In this document: one piece after another, positions 43,301 through 56,934 of the stretch | How positions within the stretch are numbered: the first letter of the stretch is position 1 | How the letters are laid out: each line of letters opens with the position of its first letter | Assembly (NCBI GenBank): GCA_000165425.1 | Contig: CT868518.1 | Location: 62,001 to 126,000 of the forward strand | Direction of reading: 5' to 3' | DNA from: Paramecium tetraurelia | Lineage: Eukaryota | DNA length: 64,000 nucleotides | The notes under the pieces: generated by a model | Told to the model about the DNA's origin: nothing | The model's input: the letters and a program-made list of their open reading frames with translations, nothing else | Database searches by the model: none | Position numbers and translations under genes: made by a program

Positions 43301-45092
43301 CAGTGTTGCAGATTCTCTCCTTGGATTAAAAATACTTAGTATTCGGAGGTTTGGATGGGATACTACATACTCTAAGTATAGATACTCTTGAAAGGGGACC
43401 TAATATCAGTCTAAATTCAGATTTATAAGTTAGTAGTGTGTTATCGAATGAAGATGGCGTCCTTATTACTTAAGGCAATTTTATAACATTTATCCATTTA
43501 CCCGAAACCATTTAAGATTTAAAAGCATAAAATCATAAGTATTTTTAATCTCCTGTGAAATTGTATGGTGGAGATTGTGTGGCTTATGAGAAAAGATTGT
43601 TGACATTTACAACTTAAGGGAAGATGGTAGTTTGGTCACTCTAGGATAAATAATTCCCACAGATAAGCAATTTTTTGGTGGATTCCGAATTTCCTCACAA
43701 TCTAAAACCTGATCGTTGTTCCTATTTGTTAGTTGATGCAGCAATTCCAAAAGAGAACTTTAGTGTGTATTTGATTAAAGAAAACGGAGAAACCATGAAG
43801 GAGTCGAATTAAATAATAAAATTTGAAAGAAAGGAGAAATACTTTTATATAGAGATTGACTAATCACAATAGTAAGGTTTATGGAGATTGGGAGCATAAC
43901 TATAGAATACCGAGTTGATTAGATAGAGACAACCTAAGATCTATTTTATTTAACCTCATGGATTCCAAGTTCTAAATTTTCCACAATAAATACCAAGCAG
44001 TCGTAAGTAAATTTATCATTGGTTTATTGGAACTTTAATTCCTAATATCGAAATGCTCAAAACTTGTGCTTTGTACACAGATACATAGATAGTAGGAAGG
44101 TTTCCGTCTTTAGAATTGATAAAACATGAAGGGAAAATAAATTAAATGATGTTTATAAATAAGGATGAATTTATTACAGCAGGTGAGGACAAACAAATAA
44201 TAGTTTGGAATGCTTAAAAGTTCAGTATCAATAAGGTTCTACAGCATGAGGCAGAAATATTGAGTGTGCATATCCATAATGGGATGGTATTGGCAGGAAA
44301 TAAGGAGGGCACTGTGATTGGATGGAAATAACATGATAACATATGGTAAATGGATATAAAATTCAAATTTCATGAGAAGGGCGTGTATTCCATCATTTAT
44401 TTGGATGGAAGTATCGTGACATCTTCTGAGGATAGGAAAATACAATTAATTAATTACACGACTGGTGCTTTGGAACATGCTGAACCTGTAGACAGAACCT
44501 TTGTGATCTCAATGGTGGCCTACAATAAAGATTCATTTGCAGCTGGATTCCCTGATGGGAGAGTGAAGACCTACAAAAGAGTATTAAACTATTTAAGTAT
44601 CAATAGGAAAAGACTGGTCCAAAGATAATCCTTAAGACATTACGCACAGTTGTCACTACTAAGGTGTAGCATTTGTACCTGATAAATAACACTCAAGTAT
44701 TGGTTGGAGGAATGGATAAACTGGGGGAGATCTTGAATGTCGAGCAAGGAACCAAATTAAAGTAATTAATCATTGCATTACTCAAATAGAACATTAAAAG
44801 ATGGACACACCGGATAAATATTATGCAGTCTCATCTACAGTAAACACCTCATTACAGGTGGTTCAGATGGGAGATTAAGCATTTGGAATCCGGATAAAGG
44901 AATGCTGATTAAAACCTATGAATTGACTAAGGAAGAGATTAGAGCGTTGTTGATTGTGGGACGATTGCTGATAACTGCAAGTATGGGAACACTTCATTAT
45001 TAGGCTCTAATGGAACAATCCGTATATGGCAAGAAATTTGTCCATTTATTGAATAGATCCCTCCAGAAGAAGAACCAGAACAGTAATAGTGA
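40346..45092 (+). CDS. Large protein: Rdx (SelW/SelT/MIEN1-like) domain, beta-sandwich repeats and WD40 repeats
   Basis: VTIEYCTNC...RLGCFEVQV...SKLNSKAWP; WD units e.g. FITAGEDKQIIVWN, LITGGSDGRLSIWN; many 22-28 nt introns. Confidence 0.75.
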
Positions 45093-45117
45093 TTTATATA
45101 ATTCAATAAAATAATTA

Positions 45118-47902
45118 ATGAGACCCTACACAAGTACTCCTCAAATTTAGCACAGGGAACCAGCACATGTATCTATTGTCCATATAATTTAAGTCTGCTA
45201 TTGAGTTTCGGCATAATGTTCAACATTATAAGTATATTCAATATGTATATTTGAAGACCCAAATTCTATGTAACCAAGGCGCATCAGGATTCAAATGAAT
45301 AATTCCTTGCAAGGTATCTCAGAATTTTCAAATTTAAGCAAAACAAGAGATCCACCCAATTCCAGAGTATTCAAGAAGACTATTCCCAATACCATGGTTT
45401 AAGACAAGGAAAGATTATATGAGGAACTTAATAAGACTAAACAATTGTGTAACAGTCTAAAATTGGATAATCACTAGCTTAAGGCTTAATTAAAAAGTTA
45501 GGAAACTGCCATGCTCAAATGTAGTGATGTACATCGTAATTTTATCTAGCCCCTGATTGAAGAGTACCAATCTTCTCTTACTAATGCTATGGCTTAGCAG
45601 TATAGGAAACAACCAAATGAAGTCCCACAATCTACTATTATTTTATAATTGAAGAAACAGAATAAGGAGTTAAGAGAGGAGCTGGAGGATTTTAAGGAGG
45701 AAATGATAAGAGTGAAGAGGAGTGCCAAATTGACCAAAATCTAAGAATTAGAAGCCGAATTGAAGAATTACTCAGATGAATCTTTACGACTCAAGTAGCT
45801 TCTTCATCAATAAATACTGAATACTATGAATCCGTAATTTATTTATTCAACTTTATAGTAATCAAACAGAATAAAGTCTTGAAGATCAAATTCTTACTTT
45901 GTAAGAAGAGTTGCAGAAATACTAATCTCAACAAGAACATCAAAATTAAGCGCTTAAGAAAGCTCAAGGAGAAATTAAACATCTGAATGCTGTGAATTAG
46001 GAGCTGGAGTAGAATTATTAGAAAAGCATTAAAGAAAAGACTTAAGTTAAGAAACAATTATCTTCATTAGAAGAATAATTTAATAAGGCTTAATTGAATG
46101 ATCCCTTGTTTAAGAGAGGGTAGGATGTTACCTAGATGAAGTTGGAATTAGAAAAAAAGGTTGTCGAAAATAATCAGTTAAAAAATGATAATATGATTAA
46201 AGATCGAAGGGTTCATGAATTAGAAAAATCACTCAAAGATGTCACCAGTACCTTCTAGGATAAATTAAATACAGTCACAAAGGAAAAAGAAAGCTTTAAA
46301 GAGAAATACGAAAAGTAAAAGCAGGAGCTCATTGAGTTGCAGGATAAATATTAACAATTGTTTTTCAACAGTAACAGAAATCTACAATCATCACAAGTAT
46401 ACAGTGGTAAGAGAGACCCAGTCTTTACAGTGCAATCTTAAGAGGACATCCAGAATCAGAGGAGAAAATCACAGGAACTTACACCTGAAGTGTAAAAGCA
46501 GAATGACACAGTATAATAGAATTCGCAATCTACTTTGTAGGAGAAACAAAGTTATAGAAGAAAAGTGCAAAGAAAGTTGAGTTCAATTCGGTAGGATGAT
46601 ATTGAGGAGTTGCTCACTTAATTAAGATATAAACTAAGGGCACAGAACATCAGAAATGCTGAATTAGAATTGTATCTGTTTCGTTCGAAAGACACAAATG
46701 AGACATCCCTAGGAGAAATGATATAGATTCTACAAAACAAACCTTTTAATTTAAATCAAAATGAAAGCGTTTTGATATCACGCTATTTGATTGAACCTTA
46801 TGGTGAGAAGGAAATCACTTATAACATCAATTTAACCAAAGAAAATGAAAGCATTATGCAGACTCTCATCAGAGCAATTGGCAAATACAATATATTGGTT
46901 GGAGAGGATAAAATTCAAATGCATGAACAAATAAGACAAAAACTCAATGAAAAAAAGGATGATTTGATGGCATATTTGAAACCAAAGAAATAACAAGGAA
47001 GTTCACAATAATCAATAGCTGCTCAATTGCCTGGCAGTTTAGTGAATAGACAACAATTCAAAACAGCACTGTTGTAGACTTCCTTGGATGAGGAATAGAC
47101 AGATGTCCTGTTATAAACAATATATGAATAGACCTAGGATTTCAATTTCATTGATTTAGATATGGTGTTCTCGACTTGGCCAAGTTCAGGACCTATTAAA
47201 ATAACCAGAGCTTAAGTAGAATAATCGAATGAGGATGGCGAATTACCTGATATTGTACGTGAATGCATCGACAGTTTGTTGGAGTATGCCAATAAAAATG
47301 GCTTATCAATCTTAGACTTAAGAAAGCAGATTGATGAAGATAATAGTGGTAATGTGGAGAGAACTGAAATGAAGTAGTTTTTGCTCAAATGTGAAATTCA
47401 ATTAAACAATGAACAGTATGATTTAATTTTAGATCATTTTGATTTGGAAGGGGATGGTCGAATATCAACCAATGATATTGGGATTGTATTGAATAAAGCA
47501 TATAATCAGAAGATGTAGGCCATGAAGGAGCAGAGAAGTGCAAAGAAAACTTCGAAATGTATTAATATCTATATTTAGAAATCTTAAATATGGTGGCTAC
47601 TCACTTTTTGTAATTCATGTAAGCCAACAAGTTAGATCTCTTCGAGGTATTTAAGACTATCGATCAGGACTACTCTGGATCTGTGAGTAAGGATGAGTTT
47701 AAATAAATGTTGAGGACTAGAGTAAGTTTATATACTTAAATGGAAGATTGTAATTCCTTTGGATTAGGAAGAGTATGCTGATTTTTTCAAACTGATTGAT
47801 AATTCGAATGATGGATAAATACACTTCAATGAGTTTCAATAGCACATGATACCTGAGATTGAGAAGATTATTTAGAGACCCTATCATGAATTGTTAAAAT
47901 GA
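45118..47902 (+). CDS. Coiled-coil protein with four C-terminal EF-hands
   Basis: Loops DEDNSGNVERTE, DLEGDGRISTND, DQDYSGSVSKDE, DNSNDGQIHFNE. Confidence 0.8.
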
Positions 47903-48469
47903 GCACATATACTAAGAAAGTCGGATGATTATTATATTAATCTATATAGGTTAAATATATTAAATATTTAAAACTCATTAATTGATAATATTTGATCAAT
48001 TTTGATAGGTTCAGATTCATTTGATAAATTCATCCTTCCACATCTCTCTTTTTTTAAGTTTTATATGTATTTGTATTTACTAGTATAAGATATTTCATTT
48101 GCAATCTAATACTCAACTGATGATTCCTAACTTATAGGTATTTATTTTAATTTTTGATATAATCTCCATTTTTGTCTTTAATAAATAGTAAATTCGATTG
48201 ATTATTTGGAATTTCATTGATTTTAGTAGCCTACATATTTAAATTAAATGAAGATCTATTTAAATGTATTTTGAATGAGGAATTAAAGTAAATGCCAGAT
48301 TCTCTTAATACAATAGGAGAAGCAATTCTATTATTGCATAAAGAATTATAATTGAATTTATTTAGTATAATAGGTAATTTTGATACTGCCCATTCGGTTC
48401 ATCGATTAATGTTGTTAAAGTTAGGATAATTTAGAATCGAAATTAATGTGATGAGTTTTTCAATTAATT

Positions 48470-49457
48470 ATGTTAATAAATCGGAGATATACAAAAATAT
48501 TTTATAAGGGATTATAACATACTCAATATGTAATGGTGATGTGTCGAGCATATTCGATATTCAAGTTTATGATGACAAGTATATTTACTCTTACAATAAA
48601 CTGCGAAAGATGCGAGCTGACGAATTGGATGTTGGCAGTGCTTGTTCACTCAATTATTGCCTATGCGTATCATACTTACATGGGTGTTCTCTTAAATAAC
48701 ATAGTAATAAAGTTAGGAATTTTAGTAAATCGTAATGTAAATAGCAGAAAGTCTAAACCATATGATTTAAATAGAAGAAGAGTAGGATCAAGTGAATGCT
48801 TTATCAGAATCTCAATATGTGATAAGCGAAGATCTTGATCCTTACTTGTACTTGAGTCCAGAAGAGATGGATAGGAAGTAGAAGGTGTTGGCAGCCTAGA
48901 TAAGATGTGAAGTGGCACTCAAGTATAAACTATTGAGATTGTTGGGAATAATGACATTTTGGAGTACTCAGATATTAGTAGTATGGGCATTAAGATTATA
49001 GATGCTCAATCCTGAGGATCCAGAATTGTATCACGCATGTTTTAGACATGTAATTACATTCCAAATAGTGTTTTTGTTTTTGACTATGTACTAATATTTG
49101 GAAGTGTACATGGTAAGTCTATTAATAGTAATTTGTTTGCCATTCATAATACCAGTTATGTTGTGGCATAAATTCAAACAGAAGAAAAAGAACTATGATA
49201 ATCAGCAGTCATTGAATGAACTTAAGAAGACATGCAAGACGCTATATCACTCTGAAAAGATTCAAGGAGATCAAGAATGTGGTATATGCATGCATGTATA
49301 TGTTACTGATGAAGAACTGTTAATATTGCCATGTGATCCAAAACACCACTTCCATCTGCATTGCATCCAAGCATGGTTGTTAATAAATTCCACTTGTCCT
49401 AAATGCAGAGCAAGTTTTCTCAGATTTAATTAATAGTAATAATAGTAATAATAATGA
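48470..49457 (+). CDS. Transmembrane RING-H2 E3 ubiquitin ligase
   Basis: Multiple TM helices then CGIC...LPCDPKHHFHLHCIQAWLLINSTCPKCR; ends with 8 TAA/TAG (Gln) codons then TGA. Confidence 0.85.
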
Positions 49458-49487
49458 TTATTATTTGTTATATTATATGATAATATA

Positions 49488-50495
49488 TCATAATGTTGCA
49501 GATGCAATCTTTCTTTCTTTGTATTCTTCTATTAATTTCATCAAATGGTTCATTGATCTCTGTGGATCCAATCCCTTTGGACATGTAAATGAACACATTC
49601 CTATATTCTAACAGTCCTCCACCTTGACATCCTCAGCTAAATGTAATGAGACTCCAGATAATACCTAACTTCTCCAATCTCTCATCAGTGTACTCATCTC
49701 TTGAATCCACAATCCATCTGTAAGCCTACATCAACACAGCTGGACCAAGATATCTATCTGGATGCCACCAATAAGAAGGACAAGAAGTAGAACAGCATGC
49801 ACACAACACACACTCGTAAAGACCGTCCAATAACTTTCTGTCTTCCACTGATTGGATGTATTCCTTATTTCCTTCCTAAATTTAGTTTAATACTAATTCA
49901 TTACTTTTGGACTCTTCCTCTTCAAATATGGATCTATTGTCTTATATTGAGTGTAGAAATTGGTCATGTCGACGACCAAGTCTTTGACTACAAACATGTG
50001 TCCCAATGGAGTGATGTAGGCTGGTTATGTCAAGTCAGTGTCAATAGCATGAATACAAGCCAATTTATGAAGACCATTGCAATTCATTGAGCAAGATCCA
50101 CAGATGCCTTCTCTGCAGGATCTACGTAATGATAATGAGGAATCGTAATTGTCTTTAATGTATAACAATGCATCCAAGTACATTGGAGGTACTCTTCTTC
50201 AAGTCAACAACGTTTTAATAGCTGACATACTTGGGGGAAGTCATTCTCATCCTAAAATCTAAACATCTCAATATACAGCTGGATCATATCTATAAATAAG
50301 GAATTGCTTCATTTTTGACTTCTCATCTGCTGTTAATTTTGGATCATGCTCCACAACATAGTTTATTTATTAGATGCCTTTAACTGTGCTAGAGACTGTG
50401 TCAAATAATCTTTTTGTAGCATCATTGCTGTCATGATGATGTGTCCCATGCCAAAACACTGGTCTTCTGAACACTGTAGACAATCTCTAAAGCAT
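49488..50495 (-). CDS. SDHB: Succinate dehydrogenase iron-sulfur subunit (local frame break at about 50190-50238)
   Basis: [54 protein letters not shown]. Confidence 0.92.
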
Positions 50496-50542
50496 AAATT
50501 TAATTTATTCAATTCAATCTTCACAATACAGTATTTATAAAA

Positions 50543-51040
50543 TCAATTTTCCTTCTATTCCTCCTACTTCACTTCTTCCTCCTTCCCTTTCTAGCTCTCC
50601 TCCTCTTTTCTTAACTTCTCCAAAATCTCCTTCTCATTCGCATCTGGAAAATCCTTCATCAACTCGCATTTGGCATTGTGCACCATCGATTGTATGTAAA
50701 ATGATCCTCCCTTTACTGGATCGTTCTTGTGAAACTACCTCCAATAAATCTTAATCCTCCATCACAATATATACTTTCAATATTTCTTCCGCATTAGTCT
50801 TCTCAGCTGTCAATTACAATATTTTAAATGCTTCATCCCTAGTCATAGGTTTGTGAGTCAAATTCGCCGCTTGCATCGTCTGATTCAAAAACTCGCTAAA
50901 CGGATTTGCTGACTTTCCTCCTTATTCTAATCATCCTACACATCAATACATTTTGCGCTCTGTTAATATGCCTTCATAAACGATTTCGCAACTGTTGAAC
51001 CAACTTCAATTATAAATTTGATTATGAGACGCTTAACCAT
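50543..51040 (-). CDS. PAM16: Mitochondrial import motor subunit Pam16/Tim16
   Basis: GSTVAKSFMKAYQQ, MTRDEAFKIL, NDPVKGGSFYIQS. Confidence 0.85.
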
Positions 51041-52067
51041 TAATAAAATTATTTCTTAAATTATAAATTATACTTTTTCACATGACTTATTTTATTTTGA
51101 TCCTCGACTTACGAATTTAATAATTATACTTTGAGTTCTGATACATTAATGCATTCATTACTTAAAATATGGAGAGGAGTGATATACAATATCTTAAGGC
51201 CTTGATATAATTAAATTTTGACTGAAAAATGAAAGAGAAAGATTATCATTCAAACTAAGTAAAGAATAAATTTATTATTTGTCTTCTTAATAATATATTA
51301 TCTTAATATAATATAGTAGGATTTTCATAGTATTCAATGCCTTGGTTAGATAACAAAAAATAATGAAAAATTGATCTTAGTATTCTTCATACTTAATTGT
51401 AACTATATTATGTAAATAAACCCAAATTGCAAGAGTAAAATCCTTTTATCTAAATGATTTTCAAGTAATAATTTCCTTGGATCTTAATTTAATACTAAAT
51501 TTGTATGCTTTGACTAATTTTGCAAAACTCTTAAATTAAAAAGTTACAAAAATAGTAAGTAACTATTAAAAAGAATCGATAAGAAAATTCATTAAATGAT
51601 TTAAATGTATTTAATAAGATATATTAATGGATTAAATCCTCTATTGTCTTTTTTCGAGAAGAACATTGCATAAGAGAGATCTAGAAATTTTATCTGAATT
51701 TAAATGAATTAGGAAATATACTATAAACAGTAGCAATGAGATGAATAAATTTGGAATTGAAAAAATTATAAAGGAATTAGTTAACTACTTATATATTATC
51801 TTAAAACTTAATAAAAGTAATGCTTAATTTAATGATCAAATCGAAATCTTATAATTCATATAGACTAAAAGATGATAATAAAGAATTTGTTTGAGATTCA
51901 AATATTAATGTTACTTTTTATTAGAAGATATCAGCAAAAAATTACTGAGAAATTTGAAATAGAGTATATATTAGGACATGATGGAGTTAGAATGAATACC
52001 TTAAATCTTACATGCTTTGATAAATCTATGAACTAAATATTATAATGGGATGTGAAATTTTTGTTCT

Positions 52068-52652
52068 TCAATAATTATTGTTAGATCTGTTTCCTGCTCT
52101 TTTCTTATATCCACCACCAGAATTATCGCTTTCATCTTCATCGACTTATTTTCTCCTTCCTCCATTATTATTGTAACTTCTTCCTCTACCTCTGTTTGAT
52201 TGGACATTAGGTCTTTCTGGATCTGCCACCTTTCTGTATGAATCTCTAACTTAATTGCCTCCTGTGCCTCTTCCATATTCTCTCCCTTCTGAATACCCAA
52301 TATCCCAGTCTACTCTGATTGCTCTTTCATCTAATTTCAGGAGGTCCAAGTACTCGTGAGCCTCTTTTGCATCTTCGTGATTGAAATATTCGATGAAGCA
52401 AAATCCTATAGCCTTTCCTGTTTCTTTATTTCTTCCCATTATTAATCTTCTCACTCCTGCTCCAACTCGATTGAATAATTCAAATATTTGTTCTTCAGTT
52501 GTGTAGATGGACAAGTTTCCCAAGTATAATGTAGTCGATATTGAGAGTTTATAAAAATATTCTTCCCTTGTCAAATTTGAACTCTTGTCATAGTATTGAC
52601 TGATAGGTTGTTGCAGATTTTCATATAGACTCGCAGCATTCAAATTACTCAT
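52068..52652 (-). CDS. NCBP2: Nuclear cap-binding protein subunit 2 (CBP20)
   Basis: STTLYLGNLSIYTTEEQIFELF, GFCFIEY, LDERAIRVDWDIGYSEGREYGRG..GNQVRD. Confidence 0.93.
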
Positions 52653-52785
52653 TTGATTTAATTTATTGAAGTCAAACCATTTATGTGTATAAATATAAAT
52701 ATAAAAATATCACCACCATTTATAACACCCATAAAATTATAAAGGAATATATTAATATAAATAAATTAAATCTGCTTGTTTATTG

Positions 52786-52848
52786 TTATCATGATGACCA
52801 AGCATATGTCTGATCCTATGTGATCGATGTTAAAGGATTCTGAAATTA
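52786..52848 (+). ncRNA. Box C/D snoRNA, SNORD27(U27)/snR74-like
   Basis: C box ATGATGA 52791-52797, D' CTGA 52810-52813, C'-like ATGTGA, D CTGA 52840-52843; guide CAAGCATATG complementary to SSU rRNA CAUAUGCUUG. Confidence 0.8.
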
Positions 52849-52913
52849 GTGTTTTTTATTAATTAATTCAATCTCAATTTATTCTCTTCAGATTAATTAT
52901 TTATTTCTTTTTA

Positions 52914-54545
52914 ATGATCAAATTAGAGGAAAAGGCTTCCAAAATTCTATGCTCCCAACACCAGAAAAGCATTCAATATGTAACTCTAAGCAAATCCTCC
53001 AACAGCAAGTTACTCTGCTAAAAATGCCCTTAAAACAACAAGATTGCAATCAACAAAGCCTCTGAATTGCTCATGGATATAAATTAAGATCATCCATTAA
53101 ATTATCATATAAAAGAACTACAAAAACAATATGAAAGCTTGAGGAAGGAAATCAAATTAAAGGTAGACGAATTACTTGATGATACTGAAGATTGTCTTAA
53201 TAGTTTGATAAATCATAAATTAAGTGACAAACAAATTTAACATTATCTCTATGACGATAAATTAAATGAGTAGGATTTCGAGAAATTACAAGAGATATTA
53301 AGCAAGTACTATGATTTTGAATAAGAAAATCAAATTGTTGCCAAAATCCCCTCTAATGATATGCATAATATTTACTAAGTTTAATAAAAATGTTAGAAAA
53401 TAGCCTCAATCATAAAGGCCTTTTACAAATCCTAATATCACCAGAGACTCGGAACTCAGCAGAGCCAAGAGAATTTGCTCAGCTAAGTGTCTCTAAAGAA
53501 GAATACGAAGCCAGAAAAACCACCTGAAAAAGATAAAAATGAAGATGCAAAGAGCAAAGGACTATATACAATAAAAGAAGAAATAACCACGAATTCAGTG
53601 TGTCATTGTATTGATTTAAATAAAACTGCTACTCTAATAGTTTGTGGTTTGTAAGGAAACAACAATGAAGATAATCTAGTTTTGATTCAAAAGAAAGAGG
53701 AAGGATTTAAAGAATTTTAGACTCTTGTGGGGCATGTGGGTGCAATAAATGCAGTGTGTATTGGAAAAATTAATAATACTATATTTTCAGCAGGTGATGA
53801 TAAAACTATCAGAGTGTGGAATGAATATTTATAAAGTAAGGAAAATAAGTTGTATAATTGTAAATAAATTATAAATGAAGCTCATAACATGGAAATTCAT
53901 TGTTTATGCGTTAATTAGTTAAATAATTTATTGGCTTCAGGTTGTCAAGAAGGAAATATCAAAATATGGATAGAGGCTGAGGAGAAATGGATTAATTCAC
54001 AAGTCTTGATCTAGCATAGTTAATGGGTTAAATCGTTAAGTTTTAATTACGATTCTACTTTCCTAATTTCTGGAAGTGGGGATAAATCAATTTGTGTTTG
54101 GAATTTGAATGAAGATTGGGAACATTTCCAAACATTAACAGAACATACAAGTTTGGTGAATTGTGTCAATTTCGCTTAAAATGAAAATACTTTTGTTAGT
54201 GGGTCAGAAGATTAAACTATAAAGATTTGGAATCAACAATTAAATGATCCAAACGGGAAATTTACATGTATATAATAACTAGAAGGAGGATACTATATTC
54301 GTTCAGTTTGTTTTAATCATAATTCTTTACTTTTAGTCTCTGGATCCTATAGTAATATCAAGGTTTGGGTTAAGAATCATGCAGGAGTATTTGTATTGAA
54401 TTAACAAAAATATTTCGACTCACGATAAGTCTTACTTTCAGATGATTCCAAATCCCTATTTTCTGTAAATAGATTCACCTTGAACATTAGAATGTTCAGA
54501 ATAAAGGAAAAAAATTAAAAAAATAATTCATAACTCACAGCATGA
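52914..54545 (+). CDS. WD40-repeat protein with N-terminal C-x2-H/C-x2-C zinc-binding-like segment (543 aa)
   Basis: LCSQH..LLCQKC; WD units GHVGAINAVC..SAGDDKTIRVWN, SGSGDKSICVWN, SGSEDQTIKIWN; intronless. Confidence 0.85.
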
Positions 54546-54663
54546 ATAAAAATTTATATCATTATAATAAATCAAAACAATAAAGATTTAACATCTATTT
54601 ATTTTTCTTATAAAGAATGAAATTTAGATATGAAATCTTATATTTTTAAATTATTCAATTTCA

Positions 54664-55744
54664 TCAATCTCCTCCTGGTGTAGAGTAATTACTAAAATAT
54701 AATAACCCTGAAGAACTAACATAATCATGATCCTCTGTATATTGATTGCTCTTGAATAATCCCTATATTTAATCAAAATCATTGATTTTCCTTAAATTCG
54801 GAAGTATTATAGCTAATTATTCTGAAAATAATGAATTCAATAATTTCAGTCTAATTTTACTTTCTGGAATTCTCCTGATGATATTTGTGTTCATTTTGGT
54901 TCCACATCTGCACTTAATAATTGAACTCTTTTTATTTTAGATTTAAAATTATAGCCAATTTATAAAGCAGTCCTAATGATAAATATGCCCACAATTTAAT
55001 TTCAGTAAATTTGAAGATATCTCGTTTCCACAAAATAAACAGACACTTATAATGAATAGTTTCTATTGACTAATGTGTAAAATACCACTTTAATCTAATT
55101 AATATTCAATAATATTTTTTTCTGCATAATCAAAGTCATAGTCTTCTTGCTTTGTATTTTACTCCATCATCATTTAAATTTATGATACATCACAATATCT
55201 TTAATACCTGAACAGAAAATATTTAGTAAAGTAATTTAGATCTAATTTCAACATCTACTATTTATCTTAATATATTTGAGTTTAATTTGGTTCCACATTT
55301 GCATTTAATTATGAATTTATCTTTTTGTTGTAATTAGTTCTCAATAATTGATATAAAACAAGTCTAATGAAATGTATGCTAACAAATGATTTTAATAAGA
55401 GTTTCATCTATTATTTAATTGCACTCATAACAAAAGATTTTATGCTTGTTATCATTAAAGTGTCTATTCAACTTACCTGATTAATCTATAATTATAGCCT
55501 CCTGAGATTAGTAGTTATTTGCATTGGTCTGTCCTTTTATCATTTTTGATGATTATCCTTTGCATTTATCTTCATTGAATGAGAACTCTCCATCTTATAA
55601 AATATGCTCTCCTATGGATTATGTCGGTTTCATAGAGATAAAAGCATCATTAGTTTACAATTATTCTTTTTTATTATTCGAGGTATTTTATTTTTCTTCA
55701 CTTTTTGGTTTTTAAGAGGACAAACCTGAAAAAAAAGAACCCAT
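54664..55744 (-). CDS. Putatively myristoylated protein with two RING-H2-like fingers
   Basis: MGSFFS start; CYEC..CQHTFHQTC..KCKCG and CLFYC..CGHIYHQDC..KCRCG. Confidence 0.7.
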
Positions 55745-55815
55745 TTATAATTAATTAATTTTTATCTAATTTTGATTAAAGTCTATTAATTTGGTACTAT
55801 ATATAATATTATAAA

Positions 55816-56934
55816 TCATTTAGACTTTATGATGATGACTCCATTTTAATCACACATTTTACATTACCTAGTATAAGTGTCACTCATTCTTCTTATCCAG
55901 AAAAACTTACATTTTACACACCAGTCTATTTAACTTTTTATTTTCTCTTTTATTACCTCTACTTATTTTTAGAGTAAGCTCTCCAAATTAACTTTTAAAC
56001 TCCGACTAATAAACAGCTATGGCAATTTCATCTTACACATACAAACTATTTATTTTTAATTCTTATATTCTTTTAATAATAATTCATAATGTTCTCTTAA
56101 GCACGGATCATGATAATTATGATAACAAGGAGTTAATATAAATTCAGAATCAAAAGCCTTCCCGCAATAATAGCAACTTGACTAATTAGCATATTAAGTT
56201 TTAAGAAGCGAATTATCTTAATTTTCTTCTGTGATATTGGTTTTATTCTTAATTGCTGTATCTTTAGGTTTCTGTGAGTTGATAAGATTATGAAGAAATC
56301 CTACATTGCTATTTTTATTTTAGGTTTTTTCGCTAATTGGATTTTGTGTTTGTTTATTTATGTTTGTTATTTAATCAAAAAAATCTCCGTGCTTAGATTT
56401 TGTATATATTTGCATTAGATTTGGCTTCATTAAACTTTGAGATGATTGATTTATTTATGAATTTTCGATAACATTTTTGTTTATGAAAAATTTAGATGAG
56501 CTTGAAGATATTGAATGAGAGTCTTATTATTATAATTTAATTTGTATTATCTCCTTGTTGTTCGTTGGATTTTATGATTATTAGTTAAAAAAATGTTATT
56601 TTGAGGAATTTAAGGTGGACTCTAAATGATTTTCTTCTTTTTCGCCCTATTGATATTGTTCAATAGCCAATAATAGTTATTTTGAAGCCTGATCTAATTT
56701 CTAATTCATATCAATTATTTCATTTTAAACATAGGATTAGATTTATTATTATCTAACTCTAAGTTCCTTTAATAGAGTAATTATATTGTCAAATATACTT
56801 TAAAAATTTTACTTTGAAGTTCTTTTTTCATTCGTATTCTTCTACAAGTCTCTCAAAGAATTAAAATTAAACTAATGATTTGTTCCTAGTTTTTCTTGTT
56901 ATTTTATATGCAACTATGGAGGTTATTTAAACAT
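55816..56934 (-). CDS. Protein with C-terminal RING-like finger and extra CxxC..CxxC pair (372 aa)
   Basis: CYYC..PCYHNYHDPC..VCMC then WCVKC...QCKMC; intronless. Confidence 0.7.

Noticed and set aside
47960..48420. Start-less minus-strand open frame
   Set aside because: No in-frame ATG start and no motif; possibly a decayed gene.
51169..52020. Coding-like plus-strand stretch between PAM16 and NCBP2
   Set aside because: Multiple TGA interruptions and no recognisable domain; likely pseudogene remnant.
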